From the NCBI GenBank assembly GCA_048885865.1, contig JBHLLF010000034.1, positions 1-26,809 on the forward strand: 26,809 nucleotides of DNA, in the 5' to 3' direction. The notes beneath the pieces were generated by a model. That model was not told where the DNA came from. It ran no database searches and saw nothing but the letters and a program-made list of their open reading frames with translations. Source of the stretch: Candidatus Hermodarchaeota archaeon (GTDB taxonomy: Archaea; Asgardarchaeota; Thorarchaeia; Thorarchaeales; Thorarchaeaceae). Positions 12,001 to 17,559 of the stretch are shown here, piece by piece. The translations under genes and the position numbers were made by a program. Position 1 is the first letter of the stretch; each line of letters opens with the position of its first letter.

Positions 12001-12006
12001 CTTCAT
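1..12006 (-). CDS. Giant secreted/cell-surface repeat protein (>=4002 aa, 3' end outside the window), predicted tandem beta-sandwich domains
   Basis: ATG at 12006-12004, GGAGGT 4 nt upstream and an in-frame upstream TGA at 12036-12034. N-terminus MKRRGPLVIVLTGCIVAMLLGTSTNPSYS (basic + hydrophobic signal peptide). Hand translation of long stretches stays in one frame to base 1 (...IIWDSLTIKITSPTDDRINIFENASGIVVTATYDFDNSGYDGTLNLNDTSF...HGITLI). The ORF track lists no minus ORF in this frame, as expected if there is no stop in the window. WD boundary motif every 243-309 nt. Confidence 0.95.
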   Translation of the reverse strand, partial: MKRRGPLVIVLTGCIVAMLLGTSTNPSYSPTCEPSLIVTQTEYTLASSLEQFAANNLSDVDGAGYLGSHSNFANQQSGPDATYDTLTEENTAPITTDAEDDYDSYASDVDSSPDVGVETNPANAQGTAVDTQFMTIQEVDIGDPYQSVWLDTDAYDATYAGFTIEGTSPYLSSQDEPVNYIYTKAPGSQGGWWGFPNTSLSGALTVNVSLYCWNLDGAADDGFDVYYDTTGGAGTLLGRVAQHTAKQYDNLTIVGTLSQQQVNSLRIRLVFYKTGGADYAYADHLRIGVSSPKVVNYEADFEYAWSGADNDEVNEEVCINVGSIAGTEGLNVSYWNGVGWLSLGTITATGWTNLTATGLNSVSYTIRLRGADNTSDAEQGLWEIDLITLHTWTDQTYNYELDLEVQWTAAEFDNNNEFLCIYAGNTDSEDIAVEVWDGLAWVSLFADLQADSWNNISVETWLTSATFTIRFRGGLEVGDAVSSQWSIDATLLHTWNNIPSNDEQPSVGNIDDSNHMYAKARDYLIAANISDQDGYSDIQSMRLSLYSDDRLTLYWTIEYNEDTDSFAEFSDPANYIALDTVSSNALRAGNDIDITFQVSIEWIHPDVTGTDVECVVIDSKSENDTDWYEVDWDIETRLDIVGIATDDNIGTINRGDLDTQFFTTGTVAYHGSAITPPSSEVDVWVSGSEYGTSVGPWLDSSLVSGFFNVTCYADDEVGQDTYTVKVVQKGAGFGGTDLLFSSIADIFVADRIEFYQSGVDDSRIDVDSSGVTWWSARYQYDSLSITGGLSAALNGTKILLWNGSHWTFQETMSSVQATGYTIASAYDATHGLAGWVQTASNATIIWDRIRIITTTTQNGRIDYGTAADIRVTAELEFDGHLLGAGDTLYMNSTAMTWVGPYFRLQPQFSQVGLWRFYVNATGAVENTYDITVLNIDGKQIDQIWDRILIITTVASDGRIDYGTSTTVNVTAQLEYDGTFLGSGDTLRMNDTVMTWDTDHFYLETGSYSIVGSLRYFVNASGALETASGITLVQSNPLSANVIWDRILITATASQDSRIDINTFADLRVTAELEYDGHPLGLGDTLFMNNTGLSWVGPYFRLQPQFSQVGEWKFYVNSTGALEATFQITVVNLAGAEVDQIWDQIVIVTTTTQVGRIDFGSLADIRVTAELQFDGHPLGVADTLYMNDTVMTWVGSYFRLQPQFFMVGRWDFYVNSSNANEATYGISALFLDGNSISQIWDRIEFYQSGAVDGRVDVDHIGLVYWNARYEYDRIEISGAILTASMNGSKALAWNSSDFRWDFSEAKSSVQLVGYGIASASETTYGLTAWVQTASNVSIIWDEIEFYSSGVEDGRINVDAVGTTWWRARYAYDQFEITSGLSASLNGSKALSWNGITSMWDYSESFSTVQSMGYGVSSASESLYGLTRFIQIAANTSIIWDKITVQTTNVDISHLDVGSIAQIQVTLWLEFDHTFLGSGDSVFVNDSAMTWDGGNSHFILDVAFTEVGKWTFFANSSLETTYGISEVDLNSLSVEVIWDRILILSITADDSRVNVGNTVELQVTAKLEYAGNGDHFLGSGDTLYMEGVSMVWSAPQSAFVHSTSQSSVGLWKYFVNATNAYETDFGISVVNLDSNILDVIWDRLVIDIQADAEMVLNGRQVNFTLSVVYESDGTICTTYEIICARNNTDWLAFTYLNVTLFNDTNSDSVYFYNASSIISETSYDITLFITNTELVNWTSYVPIVPVNEAPPNLLNPDDTDNMYARLRYYKITSNASDQNGYQDIRLVRLLLFSDDRGTNYWTVTFVRSNSSFSVTNGSMYIALGPCTYEQSGIWLNITWYIKISWNHPDIVDVDTKQFVSNTFSAASDWYESNWDIETRLDYSTLPSLDNDRGNVDTADLVATGALTFYASSLFPLSNETDFWVLHDISGSWSGNVDGLGVLTATDIGSSSSVRVNTYTFKVVAEGDGPSGADLYYAGSVTDTFISDRIEFYLSGVDDGRIDVGSTGTTYWASRYDYDDVPITSGLTAQLIGSKLLVWNGTYWIYSESRAGVELQQYAILSALETSYGLTAWTQTTSDASIIWDRILITSTTVDDSRVNINSVAELRVTAQLEYDGHLLGSLDTIFMDGVQMTWDGGELRFELPRAKASVGSWRYFVNLTNAMESDYGISSVNQNGNFQDVIWDRISVQTTVADDERVNVDDIVQIRVTLMLEHDGTFLGSGDSVMLADQAMSWDSGNSWFELDVSNSDVGSWTYYLNSSTMNAYGITELNLNGKESSVIWDRIRIITTSAADDRINYGSSTTITVTAELEYDGHLLGSGDTLFTNDTLMSWSTDHFELSTGAYSIIGILNYFVNSTSAVESTYGITLVNLNSQAASVIWDRIRIITTSTQDNRIDYGSAADIRVTALLEYDNHPLESGDILYMDDVEMTWVSSYFQYQPIRNEVGSWTYFVNISTALEATYGISLVNTDGKSVNQIWDRILVLTTTTQDGRIDYDTQADIRVTAQLEYDSHLLSLDDILYMNETQMTWVGSYFQYKPQFAQVGEWIFFVNASNALEDTYGISYVNLAGISVAQIWDRIQITTTTANDNRLNLGTTVTISVTAQLEFDSHMLTASDTLYLDDTLMSWNTDHFEYQTSKIAVGLWRFYVNSTLANEVTHDISSLNPNILWTDVVWDRILIQTTSTTDDRIDYGSPADIIVTAVLEFDNHPLGADDILYMDNNAMIWSTDHFAYQPSRYEVGLWRYYVNSSNAYEDTYGISLLNLNSKFQDVVWDRIEFYQSGVVDGRIDTNSIGETWWKARYEFDAVDIDITKGFSAALNGSKILAWDAGATRWRYQETSASVQRIGYHVIIASELVYGLTQWVVTTSNTTIIWDQLVVISYSAGDSRIDINTGCSCNVTLIYDFDDSFVVDGFVSINGISATYSGSNGVWDFTETRSTAQFVTFDTVSAATNQHGITAVDQNSQSQGIIWDSLTITITVSDGRIDTGTIASIVPTAIYDYDGATYDGTLQLNDTFFQQASAGRRGYTVASAFGDSFGITAIRQNMVVSCIWDSLTVSISAIDYRINVGDVASVSASAIYDYDGTPFDGSLNLNDTVFQQGVVGARAYTVDSASGDTYGITVIGTNDVATVIWDQLRVLSYSVSDSRCDLGSIQEITAIVIRQYDGVLFTGAMGTVFLNGTAMAWDSGDLVWTQLHTYSTVVRYAFGVTSITDTQFGISAIQTIAEPSIIWDALSITIAVADDRLNIGDTASIVPTATYLYDGSAYDGTLILNDTVFIYASAQQHWYNVSSASGDDTYGITVIEVNDEASCIWDSLTIQMTDPLDQRIDVNSNASGIVVSARYDFDGAVYDGTLVLNNSLFSYDFAQRQGYTVSFASGDDSFGITVIRQNDDTYCIWDSLTISITDPPDQRVNVGDNATGIIVSAVYDYDGSNYDGTLVLNDTQFTYATVGKRGYEVLTANGDDGFGITAISMPDSTFCIWDRLRIEITADGASLFNGQQANFTLMVTYDYDSATCTTYEVVIFRNATHWYAFTDSNKSLFRNTASDAIYYYNASSVSSETNFGIIAFITTTQKVTWSEAPNEVPVNTTDGLSMLENADDSDNLYARYRFYVITSNVSDGNGYDALQYVEISLYDNLRIQEEWTLRYTIATDSFSIQQGAGNVIIASWSSASGTGNQLVVTWIIKIDWNHSDLTDIDIRQYVTDGIDSDEDYYEVNWDVETRLDISGLAISDGSGTVNRGPLDGSFTVSGTLLYLGSGDDNPLSNETDVWVLSSGYGSSVGPWSDTTLVSGSFSLVVFADDSAGLDTITIKAVEAGSGSGAQDLFDTSVQGTYIADRVVVQSYSPADARVNVNANVNLDVTLIYASDSSPVTNGAVTINSIPASHIGGGVWRITISRSSVQEVIYNIVAYNGGSHGLNQVDQNSQTQSIIWDSLTIKITSPTDDRINIFENASGIVVTATYDFDNSGYDGTLNLNDTSFVSDVALKKGYTVLSAAGDDTHGITLI
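517..1269 (-). repeat. Node module copy 3 of the giant protein
   Basis: VPVN...DDSDNLYARYRFYVITSNVSDGNGYDAL...WNHSD...DYYEVNWDVETRLD...NRGPLD...PLSNETDVWV...GPW. Confidence 0.85.
6058..6783 (-). repeat. Node module copy 2 of the giant protein
   Basis: VPVNE...DDTDNMYARLRYYKITSNASDQNGYQDI...WNHPD...DWYESNWDIETRLD...DRGNVD...PLSNETDFWV. Confidence 0.85.
9763..10518 (-). repeat. Node module copy 1 (~250 aa) of the giant protein
   Basis: DDSNHMYAKARDYLIAANISDQDGYSDI...WIHPD...DWYEVDWDIETRLD...NRGDLD...SEVDVWV...GPW; homologous to copies 2 and 3. Confidence 0.85.
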
Positions 12007-12010
12007 ACTT

Positions 12011-12016
12011 ACCTCC
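12011..12016 (-). promoter_or_regulatory. Shine-Dalgarno (GGAGGT) of the giant gene
   Basis: Plus strand acctcc, 4 nt upstream of ATG 12006. Confidence 0.8.
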
Positions 12017-12193
12017 TCTATCAGCCGCTTCAATCATGCTGTCGGGACCATCGAAGCCTTGATTGAAACTCACTTCTATCGCGAATTGCAGGGCTCACTG
12101 GACTGGGTTGGATCGACCTGCATCAATTATGGGATTTCCTACCCACAGTACGGTCTTCATGTATGCATATTTGTCTTACTTCATTGGTTTCCA

Positions 12194-12203
12194 AATTAAA
12201 AAA
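12194..12203 (-). promoter_or_regulatory. Candidate TATA box for the giant gene
   Basis: TTTTTTAATT on the minus strand, just downstream of the preceding gene's terminator. It is the most AT-rich box in the gap, but no clear BRE is present. Confidence 0.35.
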
Positions 12204-12217
12204 CGGAAGCATGGACT

Positions 12218-12252
12218 AAAAAGAGAAAGGAAGAGGGGCATAATACCCCTCT
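12218..12252 (-). terminator. Hairpin + pyrimidine/U tract terminator of the 450-aa membrane protein gene
   Basis: Minus strand AGAGGGGU-AUUAU-GCCCCUCU (8-bp stem) followed by UCCUUUCUCUUUUU, starting 6 nt after the stop codon. Confidence 0.7.
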
Positions 12253-12258
12253 AATCAT

Positions 12259-13611
12259 CTATTGATCCTCGTCATCTTCTCCGAATCGCTTCGGCCTGCC
12301 AAGACGTCTGGAGTCGTCTACTCTAAGCCTATCAGGATCAGGTGGTGCACCATATCGTTCCTCTTTAGGCTCTCTAATCTCTTCAACGACCTCCCTATCG
12401 AGATCTTCTTCGCGAATCTCTTTGCCTTCTTTTCGCTCCTCTTTCACCCGCTCAGCGACGCGCTCAGCTCTCTCGAACATGACATAGTAGAGCGTGGTGA
12501 AGATTGCTACTAGCGGGAAGGCCAGCAGCTTCGCGATATCTCGGAAGAGAAACGTTTCGTAGACAGCAGGACCTGACCAGTCAAACCATCCTGCGAGGAT
12601 TGTGGCTCCAGAGTTAGAAACTGCGATAATGCTGTCAACGAAGAAGAACCCGCTGGCAAGGAAGAATGTGAATAGAGGACCGAAATCGCGTGTCCTCATG
12701 CGGGTCTCTTCCACACCCTCTGTGACAGTACGTCCTATCCCGCTCATAGCATAGAGCAAAAAGAACAGTGACATCGCGATATCAACGACGCTCATCGTGG
12801 GAGCTCCAGTTCTTCGCATTACGTTGACAAAGAAGTAGCCCGAATATATTCCAATGAAGATAGTCATCAGTGCGACATTCAAAGCTGCACCCTTACCGGC
12901 ATACCTAAAGAATGCCAAGAGGGATACCAAAGCAAAGAGTCCAAGGAGTCCTGCTGCCACCCAAATCAGAATTCCGTGAATCTGTAGATTGGATACAGCT
13001 TGTGGAAAGATTGCGGTTATTGCATCACCCAGACCAAACATGTTCTCCGGTATCAAGAAGAGAACAGCTAGAACTATAGCTCCTATAATTCCAAGTCCGA
13101 TGATCAACAGAAGGAAACTTCCAATGCCAACTCCAATTCCGCCCTTCTTTGGCTCTGCGATAGTGGCGAGGCGCAAACTGGTTCTTGATGACAAGTAGGC
13201 TTGGAAAGCGATCCAACCAACCCAACAGAACATGGCGAAGAACAGTAGGGCAGTCTCTCCAAAGAAAATTGACAGGAAAACTGATATCGCAAATGACACA
13301 GCTAGCCAGGCAACGCCCTTTAGTTCTGTCACCCGCCCTCGCCCTCTTCGTGTGATCCATAGCCGATCTGCACGCACCCCAATAAGTAGAGTCCCAAAGG
13401 CGAAATAGATGGTGCCTGTGGCACCAATGTATAGGAAGAAGTTCGCCAATATGAGCTCGATGCCTGTACCGGGATAGAGCGTCATGAGCCATGTCACGAG
13501 GTAGCCCAGGAAGGTTGTGAACACAAAGATGATCAAATAAGCAACGTATCTTCGAGTCTTAAAGAAGACCTTCAGACCTTCAACAATTCCAGATAGAATC
13601 GGGATTCCCAT
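12259..13611 (-). CDS. Polytopic membrane protein of unknown function (~11-12 TM, charged C-terminal tail)
   Basis: 450-aa ORF of hydrophobic segments alternating with basic loops (RRGRGR, EPKKGG), ending in a ~70-aa E/R/K/D-rich tail. GGAGG at 13622-13618. Confidence 0.9.
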   Translation of the reverse strand: MGIPILSGIVEGLKVFFKTRRYVAYLIIFVFTTFLGYLVTWLMTLYPGTGIELILANFFLYIGATGTIYFAFGTLLIGVRADRLWITRRGRGRVTELKGVAWLAVSFAISVFLSIFFGETALLFFAMFCWVGWIAFQAYLSSRTSLRLATIAEPKKGGIGVGIGSFLLLIIGLGIIGAIVLAVLFLIPENMFGLGDAITAIFPQAVSNLQIHGILIWVAAGLLGLFALVSLLAFFRYAGKGAALNVALMTIFIGIYSGYFFVNVMRRTGAPTMSVVDIAMSLFFLLYAMSGIGRTVTEGVEETRMRTRDFGPLFTFFLASGFFFVDSIIAVSNSGATILAGWFDWSGPAVYETFLFRDIAKLLAFPLVAIFTTLYYVMFERAERVAERVKEERKEGKEIREEDLDREVVEEIREPKEERYGAPPDPDRLRVDDSRRLGRPKRFGEDDEDQ

Positions 13612-13650
13612 ACCTATCCTCCCTAATACCGCAACGGAGGGCTAACCCTG

Positions 13651-13664
13651 ATTTTAAGGTTTGC
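13651..13664 (-). promoter_or_regulatory. Candidate BRE-TATA promoter of the membrane protein gene
   Basis: Minus strand GCAAAC-CTTAAAAT about 40 nt upstream of ATG 13611. Confidence 0.45.
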
Positions 13665-14166
13665 ACGCATCTACTCTACAAAGACTCCTATGCCATTTTC
13701 CCACCTGTTTCTTGCTCAAATTTGATTATTCCCTCACAGATGATTAAGTTTCAAAATGTATCTAATTAGCTAAAACCCATTACCACAGTAGAAGGGCTTA
13801 ATAGGTTGCATATCGCGTAGGTATAATGTGGTCAGGCAGTCAGTAGGGCCTAGTTTTCGTAACATGCCCTCATAACATAACTCCCCCCCTCCTACCACAT
13901 AAGTCCTGCTGGCCCTGACCACACCTCTGTTCTTCATTTCTTCATTCCCCTTCTTGCTCATGTATGTCCAATATCGAACAAGAAGGCGCACTAGTGTACA
14001 CTAAAACACAACGAAATGCGATTCAGCATATTAAAATAGGACATTTGCCATAGTCGAGGGTCATACAGCGTGCTGCATGAAGTGCAAGCTAATTCCATAC
14101 AGATTGTTCTGAACATGTTCTGGACATAATCTGCACTTCTGATGCAGACTTAGGAGAGAGAATTGA

Positions 14167-15570
14167 ATGGAAACACGACAGATTGCCGCCGTAATTCTCA
14201 TCGTCGTGGTTATTGCCGGCGTGGGCATAGGAATCTATTACTTCATGCCACAAGCCCCAGAACCGCCATACGGTGAGTTGGTAATCGGACAGGTAGTCAC
14301 ACCTGGCGCTCCAGCTGGAGTTGCGAGCGACCACATAATAAAAGTGGGAGTCCTCGGACCTTTGACCGAGATCCAAGGTATTGGCCATTGGAGAGGAGCC
14401 TATATGGCTTGTGACGAGCTGAACACTGCAGGCGGAGTAACAATAGACGGGGAAGTGTACTATTTTGGCATCATTGCCGAAGACACGTTTGAGGCTGAAA
14501 CCAGTCTTGACCCATCCAAAGGAGTGACTGCAGCGCAGAGAATCCTTACTACCGATGGCGCCCAATTCGTTCTTGGAGGATTCAGAACTGAGGCGGTAGA
14601 TGCCTATCTGCCAACAATAATGGACGCTGAGAAGCTATTCTTGAGCTGCGGACCTGCAACAGACATATTCACTACCTATGTGAATGATTCGTATGATACG
14701 TACAAGTATTACTTCAAGGTCACCCCAATAAACTCCACAGCTCTAGGAGGCGAGATAATTGGATTCCTAGCCGCGCTCAAGCCAATCATGCAGGGTGCAC
14801 TAGGAAAGAACATATCCCAAGTCGCAATCATTCGCGAGGATCTCGCATGGACAATACCACTTAGTAATGCCATTAACTACTACTTGCCCTTTTTCGGGTA
14901 CAATAAGACAATAGAGATAGCGTACCCGATTGCACAATCAGCATCATCATCATCATTCGCCGGATATTGGCAGCAGATTGAAGCCACTGGAGCACAGATC
15001 ACAATTCCAATAATTTCTGCACAAGGTGGGATTACAATGGTAACCCAGTATAAGGCGCTTGAACCGGGGTGCCTTATCGCAGGCATTGATGTCCAGGCAC
15101 AGCTGGCTAATTACTGGAATGAAACCGGTGGTGCCTGTGAGCACGAAGTCATCATCCAGACAATGCATCGCACCAATAAGACAACGAGGTCAATAGATAT
15201 GTGGGATGGTTTTATTGACCACTACGGGGACGAACCACTCTATACAGCCGTTGGCGCCTATGATGCGATGTATCTGTTGCACAAAGGAATCAATGATGCA
15301 CAGTCTCTGGTCTCAAACGATATTATACCATATCTTGAGGCCATAACAGTAGACAATCCGTTCGAAGGAGTAGGGGCTAACTTTGCTTACACTTCCACCC
15401 ACGACGTCTATGAAGGCTACATCGGTAACACACTCTATAGCGTGGGACTGTTCTGCCAATGGCAGGCAGGAGGAGTTAAGGAAGTCGTCACAACCGGAGG
15501 CGCTGTGTATCCGAATTGGCTCGCGACAGCAGATATCACATTTCCATCTTGGGGCATCAATGACGAATAG
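14167..15570 (+). CDS. ABC transporter substrate-binding protein, LivJ/K-like (type 1 periplasmic binding fold), N-terminal TM anchor
   Basis: N-terminal TM helix + Pro-rich linker, no lipobox Cys. IKVGVLGPLT, FVLGGFRTE, VAIIREDLAW and GAYDAMYLL motifs. Upstream of livHMGF-like genes. Confidence 0.9.
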   Translation: METRQIAAVILIVVVIAGVGIGIYYFMPQAPEPPYGELVIGQVVTPGAPAGVASDHIIKVGVLGPLTEIQGIGHWRGAYMACDELNTAGGVTIDGEVYYFGIIAEDTFEAETSLDPSKGVTAAQRILTTDGAQFVLGGFRTEAVDAYLPTIMDAEKLFLSCGPATDIFTTYVNDSYDTYKYYFKVTPINSTALGGEIIGFLAALKPIMQGALGKNISQVAIIREDLAWTIPLSNAINYYLPFFGYNKTIEIAYPIAQSASSSSFAGYWQQIEATGAQITIPIISAQGGITMVTQYKALEPGCLIAGIDVQAQLANYWNETGGACEHEVIIQTMHRTNKTTRSIDMWDGFIDHYGDEPLYTAVGAYDAMYLLHKGINDAQSLVSNDIIPYLEAITVDNPFEGVGANFAYTSTHDVYEGYIGNTLYSVGLFCQWQAGGVKEVVTTGGAVYPNWLATADITFPSWGINDE

Positions 15571-15607
15571 GTGACCTAATGGATTCAAGATGGATACATG
15601 GAATATT

Positions 15608-15651
15608 GAAGGAGTTTGAGTATTATTTGCTCAAATTCCCTTCTTCTTTTT
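15608..15651 (+). terminator. Intra-operonic hairpin + U tract after the SBP gene
   Basis: GAAGGAGUUUGAGUA-UUAUU-UGCUCAAAUUCC(C)UUC: ~15-bp stem with two G-U pairs and one bulge, followed by UUCUUUUU. Confidence 0.75.
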
Positions 15652-15718
15652 CCGACCAATTTTTCAATACGTTTGTAAATGAAATTCCCGGACAATCAAA
15701 CCTCAGAGGCGGAATATC

Positions 15719-16570
15719 TTGATAGAGGAGATACTAATCTTTGGCACGGTGCAAGGTGCTCTTCTAGCACTATTTGCACTGGGTTTTTCTCTAGTCTACG
15801 GTGTAGGTGGAGTGCTAAACCTGTCCCATGGAGCTTTCTTTGTAATCGCGGTCTACGTGTTCTACTGGACAATTCCTTTGTACGGAATAGCGATAAGTGC
15901 GGTTTTCGCGCTGATTGCAGTAGTTGCTGTCGGGGCAGCGACATATCTAGCACTCATCAAGCCCTTGCAGGAAAGTCACATTGGTGTTGTCTTGGTTACA
16001 TTCGCGCTGGCATTCTTCCTTGAGCAATTTGTGAAGGTCGTTGGGGACTCTTTATTTCACTATATACCGCCTTACATCTCGGGCCCAGTCGAATTCTTGG
16101 GTGTCAGATTCCAAGCCCAATTGGTGATTCTGGTGGTGGGATCTCTAATCCTTGTGACAGGGGTAGCTCTGTTCATTAACAAATCAAGAATTGGCAAGTC
16201 AATACGTGCCGTATCGCAGGATGCAGAGGCGGCAAAGCTAATGGGCATAAACACTGACTTGGTGCTAATGACAAGCGTTATGATATCGGCTTTGCTCGTG
16301 GGTTTTGCGGCTATTCTTTACGGCCCGGGCACCTCGATCGCACCTCACTTGGGATGGAGCTATCTGCTATCTGCTTTCGCAGTAACAATCTTTGGTGGAA
16401 TGGGTAGCATACCAGGAAGCATTTTGGGCGCCTTCATAATGGGATATGCAGGAACATTTACTAATTTCTACATTAGTGCTGCCCTCTCAGAGGTAATTCC
16501 CATTGTAGTGATTCTAGTAATGTTGTTGGTCAGACCTCAAGGGCTGTTAGGAAAGAAGGAGCTGCAATAG
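15719..16570 (+). CDS. livH: Branched-chain amino acid-type ABC permease (LivH-like)
   Basis: ALGFSLVYGVGGVLNLSHG, SRIGKSIRAVSQDAEAAKLMGIN, FGGMGSIPG and VRPQGLLG motifs. TTG start. Confidence 0.92.
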   Translation: MIEEILIFGTVQGALLALFALGFSLVYGVGGVLNLSHGAFFVIAVYVFYWTIPLYGIAISAVFALIAVVAVGAATYLALIKPLQESHIGVVLVTFALAFFLEQFVKVVGDSLFHYIPPYISGPVEFLGVRFQAQLVILVVGSLILVTGVALFINKSRIGKSIRAVSQDAEAAKLMGINTDLVLMTSVMISALLVGFAAILYGPGTSIAPHLGWSYLLSAFAVTIFGGMGSIPGSILGAFIMGYAGTFTNFYISAALSEVIPIVVILVMLLVRPQGLLGKKELQ

Positions 16571-16574
16571 ATCA

Positions 16575-17558
16575 ATGATGAATTTCGAGATAGATCTCAA
16601 TTTATTGCAAAGGCGCTTTAGAGCTTGGGCCCTGTCTTATCGTGGAACCATAGCGCTTGCTTGCTTCTTCGGATTGCTTCTCATTCCACCAATCACTGGT
16701 AATCAGTACTATGCACAAGTTCTTATCATAGCCATGATCTATGCGATCTTTGCGGCAAGCTGGGACCTCCTTGCAGGTTTTGCAGGGCAGATCAGTTTTG
16801 GACACTCTGCATTCTTTGGAATAGGAGGCTATGCCACGGCTGCCCTTGTCAAGTTCTTTGGAGTCCATTGGGTGTTAGCAGTAATCACTGGCGCCCTTGT
16901 CGCTGTGCTATCCAGTCTATTGATTGGAATACCATGTCTGAGATTGAAGGGACCTTACTTGGCTCTTGGAACACTAGCGTTTAGTTTAATCTTGCTCAAC
17001 GTGTTAATGATGGGGGACTTTCTGGGTGGCACCGAGGGCATCTCAGGATTGCCTGTGGTTGAGAACATATTCATAGCCTTCTATCTCGTACTAGCAATCA
17101 TGATAGTCAGTCTGGTTACAATGCGGACGATTGCTGATTCGAATCTCGGTACAATTCTGAAAGCAATTCGAGACGATGAAACATGCGCTGATGCATCTGG
17201 GATAAACACTACCGTCTACAAGCTCATTGCATTCATGATCAGTGGGTTTTTCGCTGGGATTGCGGGTGCATTGTACTTGCTGAGCACAACGACCGTCAAT
17301 CCAGCTTACTTCCAACCACTCTACTCGTTCTATGCCATCATAATGGCTTCGATAGGGGGTATTGCCACCATCTATGGATCGACAATCGGTTCATTCCTCT
17401 ATGTCGTTCTTAACGAGTATCTCAGACCACTGGCAGCAGTAGCACTATTGTCCTTTGCCACCATTCTAATCTTTATCGTGCGCTTTGCGGAGGAAGGCGT
17501 CATGAATCCATTCTTTGAGAAGTCTCAAGAACTTTGGGACAAAATACGGGGAAGGTAA
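16575..17558 (+). CDS. livM: Branched-chain amino acid-type ABC permease (LivM-like)
   Basis: SWDLLAGFAGQISFGHSAFFGIGGY, LRLKGPYLALGTL, GGTEGI and LKAIRDDE...GIN motifs. Confidence 0.92.
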   Translation: MMNFEIDLNLLQRRFRAWALSYRGTIALACFFGLLLIPPITGNQYYAQVLIIAMIYAIFAASWDLLAGFAGQISFGHSAFFGIGGYATAALVKFFGVHWVLAVITGALVAVLSSLLIGIPCLRLKGPYLALGTLAFSLILLNVLMMGDFLGGTEGISGLPVVENIFIAFYLVLAIMIVSLVTMRTIADSNLGTILKAIRDDETCADASGINTTVYKLIAFMISGFFAGIAGALYLLSTTTVNPAYFQPLYSFYAIIMASIGGIATIYGSTIGSFLYVVLNEYLRPLAAVALLSFATILIFIVRFAEEGVMNPFFEKSQELWDKIRGR

Positions 17559-17559
17559 G

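Noticed and set aside
11986-12006. MKRRGPL as a Tat or class III (prepilin) signal
   Set aside because: It lacks the F of RRxFL, and Pro at +1 is atypical for class III cleavage. Tat export of >4000 aa is implausible, so a Sec signal is simpler.
13712-13722. 11-mer TTGCTCAAATT shared with 15627-15637
   Set aside because: An 11-nt match is expected by chance in 27 kb, and the second copy is explained as a hairpin arm.
13770-13991. 73-aa ORF and C7 tract (13883-13889) as a phase-variable element
   Set aside because: There is no recognisable product or RBS, and the tract is short and not in an evident gene or promoter spacer.
17515-17559. Longer LivG start given by the ORF track
   Set aside because: It overlaps the livM 3' end. 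ATG 17560 follows the livM stop and gives a canonical LivG N-terminus.
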